NCBI GenBank assembly: GCA_028534125.1
Contig: CM052823.1
Location: 62,682,001-62,746,000 of the forward strand
DNA: 64,000 nucleotides
Source: Lama glama
Lineage: Eukaryota
Direction: 5' to 3'
This document shows, piece by piece, positions 63,576-64,000 of this stretch (the first letter of the stretch is position 1; the number at the start of each line of letters is the position of its first letter). The notes under the pieces are model-generated. The model was not told where the DNA came from. It did no database searches and saw only the letters and a list, made by a program, of their open reading frames with translations. The position numbers and the translations under genes were made by a program.

Positions 63576-64000
63576 CCACTCCCACAGACAGAAAGTCCTG
63601 GGTTGAGGAGATCGGACTCCTTTTTCTGAAAACTGCCCGTCAGACTAGAGTACCTCAGCGAGCGAGGACCACGAAGTACCACAGAAGCCGGGACCTGGGC
63701 GACAGCCGGTTTCTAAGTTTTTGCTGAGGCAACTGGAGTCAATGACAGGGTTGCTGATACAAGCAAGGGCGGCGACGATCTGGCCCAGAGCTCGTGTCAG
63801 ATCAGAACAACAATGAACGCAGGGAGCACCCACCACAGAACCGCCCTGGCCCACTAGATAATGCACACACCTCGCAGACGACATCACCTCTGGCTTCTGG
63901 AACACAGCTTCTCGGCCTCTCCTGTCCCTCTGTACATCAAGGGCAGAACTGCCTGCGTCTCAACACCACCCACCGAGTAAATGAAAGATGCTCAAGATGA

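Noticed and set aside
55070-64000. Searched for the preceding RYR3 exon (acidic EEEEEED...KGPPKPEKE segment), and in 1-601 for the following exon (TVMKSG...)
   Set aside because: Not found by eye; they presumably lie outside the window, so this is not evidence of exon loss.

Overview
Mammalian genomic DNA, almost certainly from a camelid: it carries five copies of a short tRNA-derived SINE resembling the camelid vic-1 family, plus artiodactyl-type L1 3' ends. The whole 64 kb lies inside the ryanodine receptor 3 gene (RYR3) on the minus strand. I resolved 24 consecutive internal coding exons (55069 down to 602, 2956 nt). All have GT-AG boundaries with matching phases and splice into one open frame of about 985 codons. 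They cover the bridging/helical solenoid (including the segment homologous to the RyR1 central malignant-hyperthermia hot spot) and the Repeat3&4 phosphorylation domain. The gene start and end lie outside the window. Introns hold the usual eutherian repeats (L1, L2, MIR, MaLR LTRs, hAT DNA transposons, SINEs, microsatellites) and five N-gaps, all in or next to L1 sequence. Nearly all other ORFs in the supplied track are noise. I see no convincing novel multi-gene system. The best leads are small: (i) a composite insertion inside a Charlie1 transposon made of CpG-rich unique DNA, an L2-like piece and an L1 3' end; (ii) an old L1 whose 5'UTR joins directly to mid-ORF2; (iii) an inverted SINE pair in one intron; (iv) NAGNAG acceptors; (v) a few RyR3 residue differences at sensitive positions. 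Repeat family names and cross-species comparisons come from recalled sequences, not from database searches.
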